Shown here: positions 16,989-25,138 of the stretch, piece after piece
How positions within the stretch are numbered: position 1 is the first letter of the stretch
How the letters are laid out: the number at the start of each line of letters is the position of its first letter
Source: Candidatus Magasanikbacteria bacterium RIFCSPLOWO2_12_FULL_43_12
Lineage (GTDB): Bacteria; Patescibacteriota; Patescibacteriia; Magasanikbacterales; UBA922
Direction: 5' to 3'
DNA: 64,000 nt
Assembly: GCA_001783065.1 (NCBI GenBank)
Contig: MFQN01000004.1
Coordinates: 22,836-86,835 of the forward strand
Position numbers and translations under genes: made by a program
The notes under the pieces: generated by a model
The model's input: the letters and a program-made list of their open reading frames with translations, nothing else
Database searches by the model: none
Told to the model about the DNA's origin: nothing

Positions 16989-17651
16989 TTACTCTACTGC
17001 AGAAAAGATGAACGATACTATCGTATAACTCGCGAAAATAACGAACAAACCGAGCGTGGCCCAGACGACGATGTTTTTCGCCTGCGTGGATCTTTCCGCG
17101 TTTCCGCCGGCCAGCATCCAAAGCACTCCGGCGTAGGCGAATAGCGCCAAAGCGATACTACCCATCAATCCCATCGCGACTTTGATAATATTGCCCAAAA
17201 CATTCTTTATATCAGTGTCCTCTAATGTATTTAGACCACTAACTGGTGGAATGTCCAATGCGGGCGCGGCATCAGAATCTTCGGCTGTATCTGTTTTTGT
17301 TATATTCCCCTCCCATTTGCAATTAAAATTCTCGCCATCTTTTTCTTGTAAAGGCAAGCAGCCAATCTCTGTTGTCTCTATGCTGAAACCTCCGCCTTTT
17401 TCACCATCACAATTACAGGCGGCTGTTTTTTCTTCTCCTGATGACCATTCACACTCATAACCAATATTACTGTCCGTCTCCGCGCAACCTTCCTCGTCAG
17501 CCGACGATTCCATGGTAGTCTTGCCGCCATCGCTGTCGGTGATTGTGCAAAAACACGTGCCATTATCCGCTAACGCTGTGTTTAATGAAAAAAACAAAAG
17601 ACCTGACGCTAAAAATATAAATAACAGTGAAAATAAAAACTTATTCTTCAT
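16989..17651 (-). CDS. two-helix pilin-like membrane protein, paralog 12, with an acidic Cys-rich N-terminal domain
   Basis: The N-terminal domain has 8 Cys (CFCTITDSDGG...CAETDSNIGYECEW...CNCDGEKGG...CLPLQEKDGENFNCKWEG). Core ALALFAYAGVLWMLAGGNAERSTQAKNIVVWATLGLFVIFASYTIVSF. Confidence 0.6.
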   Translation of the reverse strand: MKNKFLFSLLFIFLASGLLFFSLNTALADNGTCFCTITDSDGGKTTMESSADEEGCAETDSNIGYECEWSSGEEKTAACNCDGEKGGGFSIETTEIGCLPLQEKDGENFNCKWEGNITKTDTAEDSDAAPALDIPPVSGLNTLEDTDIKNVLGNIIKVAMGLMGSIALALFAYAGVLWMLAGGNAERSTQAKNIVVWATLGLFVIFASYTIVSFIFSAVE

Positions 17652-18478
17652 ACTCTGTTTTTAAAAAACGACGCGGCATCCAAAAGAGCGTCCTGATTAC
17701 CGGTATCTAAATATTTTCCTTCGTATTCATAAGCGAAAAAATCTTTCTGGCGCGCCAATGTGTTGGCCGCTTCCGCGAGCCAAATTTCTCCGCTCCGGCC
17801 TCTCTTCTGTTTTAATAAAATCGGCCAAATGTCCGGAGTAAAAATATAGCGCATGCCGCCGACTATCAATCCCAACGGCGACACCAAATCAATTGCCGGC
17901 TTTTCAACAAACTCTTTCACTTTATAAGTCCGCTTATCAACAGTCGGCTCGCCATACACATTGCCATATTTAGTCATCATGTTTTTGTCCGCAATTTTCT
18001 GCACTCCGATCACCGACGCGGAAGTCTGTTGATAAACTTCCAACAATTGTTTAACTGCCGGAATCTTGCCGCTGATAATACTGTCAGCGTCAGAACAAAC
18101 AAACGGCTCTTTTCCAATCAACTCGCGCGCCATCAACAAGGCGTGGCCATTTCCGAACGGTCTTTCCTGATACACGAAACTAAATTTAACTTTTTTAAGC
18201 AAATCTATCAGCCCAGCTATTCTATCATACTTTCCGCATTTTTTTAATTCTTTTTCAAATCTCAAGTCGCGGGTGAAATAATGTTTGATCGCCTGCTTCT
18301 CGCGGCTGATGACAATAATAATATTTTTAATCCCGCTATCCGCCATCTCTTCCGCTATATACTGTAAAACCGGCTTATTCAAAACCGGCAGCATTTCCTT
18401 TGGGATGGATTTGGTAATCGGCAAAAAACGCGTGCCCAAACCGGCGGCGAGAATTATGCCTTTGTGTACTTTTTTCAT
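17648..18478 (-). CDS. galU: UTP--glucose-1-phosphate uridylyltransferase
   Basis: GIILAAGLGTRFLPITKSIPKEMLPV...IAEEMADSGIKNIIIV. Confidence 0.8.
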   Translation of the reverse strand: MKKVHKGIILAAGLGTRFLPITKSIPKEMLPVLNKPVLQYIAEEMADSGIKNIIIVISREKQAIKHYFTRDLRFEKELKKCGKYDRIAGLIDLLKKVKFSFVYQERPFGNGHALLMARELIGKEPFVCSDADSIISGKIPAVKQLLEVYQQTSASVIGVQKIADKNMMTKYGNVYGEPTVDKRTYKVKEFVEKPAIDLVSPLGLIVGGMRYIFTPDIWPILLKQKRGRSGEIWLAEAANTLARQKDFFAYEYEGKYLDTGNQDALLDAASFFKNRV

Positions 18479-18608
18479 ATACCATTATTCTACCAAAAAT
18501 TAAAAATTTTCACCAGCATCTAATTCATAACTCATAACACAATTAACATAACACAACGGACCCGAACGCCAATCCTCTGTGTTTTGTTAATTGTGTTTTG
18601 TGTTCTGT

Positions 18609-20024
18609 TTAAAGTTCTTCCCAGCTGATTAAATCATACACCGTTCCCACCGGAAAACCGGGCGGCGGGTAGTATTTCAGATTGCCGTCGTAGATGTGAT
18701 AGGTGTCAACAAAACCGGAAACCACATTGCCCCAGCCATTGACATATTTCCAACCGCCGCCTTGATAAGAAATCTGCGAGCCGAATATCGTCAAACTATC
18801 TTTCAAGCCATTATAATAATATGGATGGTAAAGTTTACTAAATTGCGACAGCATGGCGGCGTTAATTTCCATGTCGTTTGGCACATCATGCGGTATAACA
18901 ACATCGCCTTGCGCCAAAATGCCAACAACATCGTCGCTGGATTTTTCCGCGTAAAGTAAATTGTTGTTTATATACGCTTTTTTATACGGCTCCTGCACTG
19001 GAAACTTCCCCACTCCGACACTTACCCGGCCGTCAACCGTGCCTTCTATCCAAACGTCGTCTTCCACAAAAATCGCGCCTGTGGTCGGTATTGAGTAGGT
19101 GCCAACAAGCTGTTCATTACCGATATCATAACAATAAGTATTGCCACTCCAATACCACCCTTTCCATTTTTTATAAAGCCACTTGCCTTCGCCATAGTAA
19201 CAGTCGCGGCTGGTGACTTTATATAGTTTGTAAGTCGCGCCGGTGAAGACAATGTGCCAACCTTCTTTGCCGGAAGCAGTATAATGTGTCCCCGACTGAT
19301 CAGCCAAATCGCGGATATCAGATAAGTCCGCGGTTACGGAAAAAAAATCTATTTCCGGAACAGGATACTGCCAAAATGATTTCGGTCCGCCGCCGCCCCA
19401 AACACCGTTATGGGTTTGGTTTTGATATTTATATGTCTCTTTAGCGCTCTTTACCCAAGAATCTGTTGTGCCATCAAATCTTATTCCGCCATTGGAATGG
19501 GTGGTGCCGTGGACTTCCGTGGTAAAACTAAAATTCATGTTGGCGTTGGAGAGGAATGTATAGTCGGTCAACGCCGCGAATCCCAATCTGACTTGAAGCT
19601 CGCGTTTGGTCTGTGGTTCGGCGGTGGTCCAGCCGGTGGAACGGACAATCACCACGCTGCTGCCGGCCAGCGGCTCATCAATTTCCAAAGAATAATAGCC
19701 GATTACCGTCCCATTTTTATCTTCATAATCGTGCTGATATGGTCCGGGTTCGCCTCCGGTTCCGTCCCAATAATCCGTCGGCGAGTGCGCCAAATGCCAG
19801 CGGTAATAATTTATTCCGGCCTCGGCGATCTGAAACGCCAAGTCGCGATTGTGCTTGCGATTTGACGCTTTATTTTCAAAAATCGCGTAGCTCGCCACGC
19901 CGGAAATTATCATCATGCTTGCCACCGCGCCGAAAACCAAAACAAACATAAGGATGCTGCCACGATGCTTTGATGTGGATTGTTTATTTTTTTTGGATAA
20001 CATAGTGTGCAGATGTGCGAACAT
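18609..20024 (-). CDS. hypothetical membrane-anchored protein, possibly pilus-associated (PilX-like N-terminus)
   Basis: 471 aa. N-terminal TM helix (ILMFVLVFGAVASMMIISGVASYAIF). W/Y/G-rich extracellular domain. Sits directly downstream of two prepilin-type genes. Confidence 0.4.
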   Translation of the reverse strand: MFAHLHTMLSKKNKQSTSKHRGSILMFVLVFGAVASMMIISGVASYAIFENKASNRKHNRDLAFQIAEAGINYYRWHLAHSPTDYWDGTGGEPGPYQHDYEDKNGTVIGYYSLEIDEPLAGSSVVIVRSTGWTTAEPQTKRELQVRLGFAALTDYTFLSNANMNFSFTTEVHGTTHSNGGIRFDGTTDSWVKSAKETYKYQNQTHNGVWGGGGPKSFWQYPVPEIDFFSVTADLSDIRDLADQSGTHYTASGKEGWHIVFTGATYKLYKVTSRDCYYGEGKWLYKKWKGWYWSGNTYCYDIGNEQLVGTYSIPTTGAIFVEDDVWIEGTVDGRVSVGVGKFPVQEPYKKAYINNNLLYAEKSSDDVVGILAQGDVVIPHDVPNDMEINAAMLSQFSKLYHPYYYNGLKDSLTIFGSQISYQGGGWKYVNGWGNVVSGFVDTYHIYDGNLKYYPPPGFPVGTVYDLISWEEL

Positions 20025-20146
20025 ACGAAAAGGATACGAAATTACGAACTACGAACAGCGAATTGGGGTAAAAAATAAAAATATATATATCATCATGATA
20101 TTTCGTAGTTCGTAATTTCGTAATTGTTCGTAAGTTCGCACATAAC

Positions 20147-20812
20147 TCAATTCCCTTTCAAATTCCTTATCATCGCCGCGCTTTCCACTTCCAGCGGCAC
20201 CGGGCTTTCGGTTGGGTCTTCTTCAAGCTCAAGACGCACGCGAATCATTCGCGCGTCAACCTCGTCAATCGGTTGGACCAGCGCGGCTTCAGTGCCGGTG
20301 TAATCTTCGTCATAATACAAAAACACTGGTTCGCTCTCTTCAAAATTCACCACGCTGTGCGCGATTTCAACCGTTTGCTCCGCGCCGGAATAGCTTAATG
20401 GACTACCGCTCGGTTTTATCACGCCCTTTTTTAATGTTGTCCCATCCAACCAGAACCTTACCCGTTCCCGCAAACTATCGTCATCAACGTTGGCGTAAAC
20501 AATCAGTTCATAATCACCCGCTTCTGCCAGCGGATAGCCGCCAATGCTGGATTCTTCCGCCTTTCTAACAACATCAACTACTTGCTGTAAAACTTTGCGG
20601 CCGTCGTTTTGGGTTTGCAATTGTCCAAAAATAATATCGCTGTAACGCAAACCATCAATAATCAACCAAACTACTGTTATGGCAATCATAGCGGAAATTC
20701 CCAAAGCCACCGATAACTCCACAATAGTAAATCCCTTGTGTTTCTTTGTGTTTTTTCTACGTATCATATTTTCGTAGTTCGTAGTTTCGTAATTGTTCGT
20801 AAGTTCGCACAT
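20147..20812 (-). CDS. prepilin-type N-terminal cleavage/methylation domain protein (type IV pilin/pseudopilin-like)
   Basis: KGFTIVELSVALGISAMIAITVVWLI class III signal. Confidence 0.7.
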   Translation of the reverse strand: MCELTNNYETTNYENMIRRKNTKKHKGFTIVELSVALGISAMIAITVVWLIIDGLRYSDIIFGQLQTQNDGRKVLQQVVDVVRKAEESSIGGYPLAEAGDYELIVYANVDDDSLRERVRFWLDGTTLKKGVIKPSGSPLSYSGAEQTVEIAHSVVNFEESEPVFLYYDEDYTGTEAALVQPIDEVDARMIRVRLELEEDPTESPVPLEVESAAMIRNLKGN

Positions 20813-20814
20813 AA

Positions 20815-22608
20815 TTATTCACTCGTCATCTCCGCCCCAAAAATCATATCGCCGGAAACACTCACCGTCTGGGTATTGGTTTGATAGCCGGTCTTCGTTA
20901 TTTCAACCGTGTAATCTGTCGCTGACAAACCGCCAAAATATGACTGACCGGGCGGGGTGCAGGCATTGGTATAGGTGACCATCAAATCTGAAACTGTCGG
21001 TGTAACCGCGGTTGACGCAGTGCTTAAAAATAATTTATAGCGAAAATATCTATCGCCATTGTGTGTGCTGTTGATTGCGATGTTCTCGGCATCATAATAT
21101 GTCGCGGCTGTGCCATCCGGTCCCAAATAATTCCACGACGCGGGCGCTGAAACATCACTGGTGGCAATCTGCCAGCGGACAGAATCCGCGCCTGTCTCTG
21201 CCGGCTGGCCCAGCGGCTCCCAGATTAAATTAACAAAATTAACCGCGACGCCCAAATCAAACACTGATGATTCAAGCTCGCCGCTGGTAAGATAGTTTTG
21301 TCCGATTTTCGCGAGAACAATATCGCCGGCATTGTTCCCGTTAACATCAACTTTCCCATCATCGCTCCAATACTTTGTTTCGTCAACATAAGAAAGCTGG
21401 CCTGAACCGCCAGACCAGTCGGTCTGTCGCGTAAAACCGATTCCGGTGGTCTTGGTCTGGTCATAACTCCCGGCATAAGCGCGCACGCTCGCGTTGGAAA
21501 TCGGCTGATTCGTGGTATTATCAACGACATTAACCAACAAAGAATTACTCGTGTTGGCGCCGACTAAAAGTTGAACAGGTTGTGTGACGCCGGCAGGCAA
21601 ATCAATCGGTAAAATCGGGATTGACCCGATTAAATCATAACCGGAATTAACGCTCAAGCCATAAGAGTCCCACTCTAAATCAATTAAACTGCCAGCTCCA
21701 CCGGCATCAGTGGAAAAATCGTCGTCAACCTTGAAAACATCGGGTTCAACGCCAAATAGTTTCGTTCCTAAAACATGCAGAGAAACATTCCCAACCGCGG
21801 AACAATACGCGTTGGTGGTGGAAATATCCATTTGCGAAACCCTATCTATGGAAAAACTAATCTCGGTAACATTCTGCGCCTCCACTGATGCCGGCTCTTT
21901 CACCGGGTCCGGAATTGCCTCGCTCGGCGCTATGGTTTGGTCTATGGTGTATCCGTCTTTAGACACGGTGATACTATAGACGCCGATGCCCGCGCCCAAA
22001 TCAACCAATTTTAACATACCATCGTTGTCCGTCGTGTCTGTCAAATCAATGGTCGGATTAGTTTCAGTGGCGACAATATGAACATCCGCGCCGGAAACCG
22101 GATCGCCGTCAGCGTCAAACACTTCAATAAACAACGCGCCATGCGTCGGATCGCCTTCTAAAAGTTTCGGCGAAACATAGGTCGCCTCGCTCACTTTTTT
22201 TGTTTGGTTGCATTTGTCACAGATTATTTCCACCTCAACTAATTTATAGTCAGCCGGCGCGAGATCGTTGGGGTCGCCGCCGATAGTGCCATCAAATTCG
22301 TCGTCAATGTTTCTAATCGTGCGCGTAATTTCAAATTCAATTCCACTGCGGGTGGTTGTTACTGTTCTTTCTAACACGCCTGACGGACTGCCGTTGATAA
22401 TGCCGACATCTTCAAACGGCAGGTTGCGAATAATTTCCAGTTGTTCGTTCAAAAGCGCGGTTTCCAAAATTTTCATCCGCGAATAATAAACCGACTTGAA
22501 AACAAACTGAATGCCGGAATAAATTCCACTCATGAATAACAAAAACACGCCGAGCGCGACGACAATCTCGATAAGGGTGAAACCGCGGTGTGTATTTTTA
22601 TCTGCCAT
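20815..22608 (-). CDS. large prepilin-type N-terminal domain protein (minor pilin/pseudopilin-like)
   Basis: RGFTLIEIVVALGVFLLFMSGIY class III signal, followed by a 570 aa beta-rich domain. Confidence 0.65.
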   Translation of the reverse strand: MADKNTHRGFTLIEIVVALGVFLLFMSGIYSGIQFVFKSVYYSRMKILETALLNEQLEIIRNLPFEDVGIINGSPSGVLERTVTTTRSGIEFEITRTIRNIDDEFDGTIGGDPNDLAPADYKLVEVEIICDKCNQTKKVSEATYVSPKLLEGDPTHGALFIEVFDADGDPVSGADVHIVATETNPTIDLTDTTDNDGMLKLVDLGAGIGVYSITVSKDGYTIDQTIAPSEAIPDPVKEPASVEAQNVTEISFSIDRVSQMDISTTNAYCSAVGNVSLHVLGTKLFGVEPDVFKVDDDFSTDAGGAGSLIDLEWDSYGLSVNSGYDLIGSIPILPIDLPAGVTQPVQLLVGANTSNSLLVNVVDNTTNQPISNASVRAYAGSYDQTKTTGIGFTRQTDWSGGSGQLSYVDETKYWSDDGKVDVNGNNAGDIVLAKIGQNYLTSGELESSVFDLGVAVNFVNLIWEPLGQPAETGADSVRWQIATSDVSAPASWNYLGPDGTAATYYDAENIAINSTHNGDRYFRYKLFLSTASTAVTPTVSDLMVTYTNACTPPGQSYFGGLSATDYTVEITKTGYQTNTQTVSVSGDMIFGAEMTSE

Positions 22609-22796
22609 CTTACGGTTTGATTTGAATATATTATATCATAAAAGAAAGACAGAACACAGAACCCAGTTAACAAAACACAACGAATCTCATCGTTAGTTCT
22701 ATGTGTCATGCTAATTGTGTTCTGTGTTTTGATGGCGACCTTGACTTTTCTCCATAAATCCACCATACTACACCAACTTAATCTTTAACACACTCT

Positions 22797-24071
22797 ATGC
22801 CCCACACCGCCAAAAAACTGGAAAAATCGCAGATTGAATTGACGATTACCGTCGCGCCGGCTGAATACCAAAAACATCTGGAAAGAGCCGCGCAGAAAAT
22901 ATCAGAACGGGCAGCCATCAAAGGCTTCCGCCCGGGCAAGGCGCCGTATGAAATGATAAAAAAAGAAATCGGCGAAATGAAAATAATGCAAGAAGCGCTT
23001 GAAGCCATTGTTCAGGCAAGTTTTTATGACGCGATAAAATCTGAAGGCGTAGAAACTGTGGGAATGCCGCAAATCAGCCTGGAAAAAATGGCGCCGGACA
23101 ATGACTTGACCTACAAGGCCACGGTTGCTTTGATGCCTAAAGTCAAGTTGTCTAATATAAAAAAGGTGTCTGTTAAAAAAGAAGTAAAAAAAGTTGAAGA
23201 CAAAGATATAGAAAAAACGCTGGATAGTTTGCGCGAAACGCGAGCAAAAGAAGTGATAAAAACCGGCAAAGCCGAAAATAATGACATGTTACTAATAGAT
23301 TTGGAAATGTTTTTAGACAAAATTCCGGTTGAAGGCGGGCAAGCCAGAGATTATCGCGTGTATTTGGGCGAGGATCATTATGTGCCCGGGTTTAATCAAC
23401 AGGCGGCTGGACTGCAAAAAGGCGATGAAAAAGAATTCGCCTTGGACTTTCCACCGAATCACTATCAAAAAAATCTCGCTGGCAAAAAAGTTAATTTCAA
23501 AATTAAAGTTAAAGATGTTTTTGAGCGGCAACTTCCGCCGGCTGACGATGAATTCGCGAAAATCCTCGGGCAAGAAAGTTTTACCAAACTGCAAGAGTTG
23601 ATGCGCCGCAATTTAACCGAAGAAGCGAAAAAACATGCCGAACAAAAATACGAAATTGAACTGCTGGACAACATGGTCGCCCAATCAGAATTTGAAGAAA
23701 TTCCGGAAGTTCTGCTTAACGCGGAACGGCAAAAAATGTTTTATGAATTAAAATCCGATCTGGAACATCACGGCATCACGATTGAAAAATATTTGGAAGA
23801 TATTAAAAAAACCAAGCAGGAAATGTTTGAGGAATTCCGCGCCCAAGCGGAAAAACGCGCCAAAGCCGCGCTGGTCTCCCGCCAAATCGCGAAAGAAAAT
23901 AACATAACCGCGGGAGATGAAGAAATTGATAAAGAGATAAAAATGATGGAAGATGTTTATAAGGACAACAAAGAGCGCGTGGAACGGTTGAAATTCCCCG
24001 AGGTCCGCAATGCCATTGCAATGTTAGTGCAAAACAGAAAGACGATTGAATGGATGAAGAGAGAGACATAG
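22797..24071 (+). CDS. tig: trigger factor
   Basis: 424 aa. N-terminal ribosome-binding domain with GFRPGKAPYEMIKKEIG (the GFRxGxxP signature). Confidence 0.85.
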   Translation: MPHTAKKLEKSQIELTITVAPAEYQKHLERAAQKISERAAIKGFRPGKAPYEMIKKEIGEMKIMQEALEAIVQASFYDAIKSEGVETVGMPQISLEKMAPDNDLTYKATVALMPKVKLSNIKKVSVKKEVKKVEDKDIEKTLDSLRETRAKEVIKTGKAENNDMLLIDLEMFLDKIPVEGGQARDYRVYLGEDHYVPGFNQQAAGLQKGDEKEFALDFPPNHYQKNLAGKKVNFKIKVKDVFERQLPPADDEFAKILGQESFTKLQELMRRNLTEEAKKHAEQKYEIELLDNMVAQSEFEEIPEVLLNAERQKMFYELKSDLEHHGITIEKYLEDIKKTKQEMFEEFRAQAEKRAKAALVSRQIAKENNITAGDEEIDKEIKMMEDVYKDNKERVERLKFPEVRNAIAMLVQNRKTIEWMKRET

Positions 24072-24082
24072 GGTTTTTAAAC

Positions 24083-24203
24083 TCACCAACGAACACCTCC
24101 CTCGCCCTCCTCCGAGGAGGGAAATTATAAACTCCCCTCTCGAAGATGGGTGAAGAAATTTACAACCTCCCCTCTCGGAGAGGGGCAGGGGGTGTGTTCG
24201 TAC
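24083..24203. repeat. REP-like triple-hairpin repeat (family A), solo copy
   Basis: gaacacctccctcgccctcctccgaggaggg...cccctctcggagaggggcagggggtgtgttcg. Confidence 0.8.
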
Positions 24204-24272
24204 GATGTTAGCTTGACTTTCTTGCCATATTATAATATACTCTACCCACACTTAATTTCCTCTTAAAATACT

Positions 24273-24539
24273 ATGCCAAACCTAAAAAACGCGAAAAAGG
24301 CGTTACGTCGGGCGAAAAAGCGGGCGCTCGGCAATGCCGTTGCCACAAAAATCTATAAAGACGCGGTGCGGATAATAAAGAAGGCGGTAGTTGCCGGAGA
24401 AACCGAACTGAAAGAAAAGCTCCGTTTAGCGCAAAAAGCGCTGGACAAGGCTGCTAAACGCGGAGTTATCAAAAAAAATACCGCCGGACGACGCTTCTCT
24501 CGCCTCATGGCGCAAATCAACAAAGTTGCAAAAAAATAA
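24273..24539 (+). CDS. rpsT: 30S ribosomal protein S20
   Basis: MPNLKNAKKALRRAKKRALGNAVATKIY... Basic, helical, 88 aa. Confidence 0.85.
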   Translation: MPNLKNAKKALRRAKKRALGNAVATKIYKDAVRIIKKAVVAGETELKEKLRLAQKALDKAAKRGVIKKNTAGRRFSRLMAQINKVAKK

Positions 24540-24556
24540 AAACGTAGTAAAATAAA

Positions 24557-24590
24557 TCCCAGTTAAGACTGGGATTTATTATTTAATAAT
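24557..24590 (+). terminator. rho-independent terminator after rpsT
   Basis: AAATCCCAGTtaagACTGGGATTT followed by a T-rich tract. Confidence 0.55.
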
Positions 24591-25136
24591 ATGTCAGAAT
24601 TAAAAGAAAATTTTCTCTCCGAAGTGGTCCGCGGCGATTACCTGCCAAACGCGGTTGGGGTTCCTCTCTCTCATATTCAAGGATGTGTGGCTGACAATGC
24701 TTTGGAAGACATTCTTCTTGAAGATTGGACGCTCCCGATGTTTTATGAACAATACAAAAACGGCGGCGCTAAGGGTTGGTTGTTAAAAGGTTGGGTTGTA
24801 AAAAATTTACCTGGACAATTTGCGAAGGTGGTGGAAGTATCACCGAAAAATACAGAGGCTGATTGCTTAAAAATTGTTGAGGGGGTCCCGGAGTTGAAAA
24901 AATGCCTTGAATACGCCGACTATTTGCGGAATCTGTTTCAGCGCAAAATTGATAATATCCGCGGCAGATTATCAACAGAAACCAACGAATTGTTGGCTAA
25001 GGAGCTTGGTGGTTTGTTAAACGATTTTAACGAACTGCGCCAGACCACCCGTTTTGATCCGGAAAAAGATCCTGAATACGAAAAACAAAAAGAGACTATT
25101 GAAGCGCCCCCAGAACCGCCAACTGACCGAAGATAA
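24591..25136 (+). CDS. hypothetical protein
   Basis: 181 aa ORF with no motif I recognise. Confidence 0.4.
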   Translation: MSELKENFLSEVVRGDYLPNAVGVPLSHIQGCVADNALEDILLEDWTLPMFYEQYKNGGAKGWLLKGWVVKNLPGQFAKVVEVSPKNTEADCLKIVEGVPELKKCLEYADYLRNLFQRKIDNIRGRLSTETNELLAKELGGLLNDFNELRQTTRFDPEKDPEYEKQKETIEAPPEPPTDRR

Positions 25137-25138
25137 AC

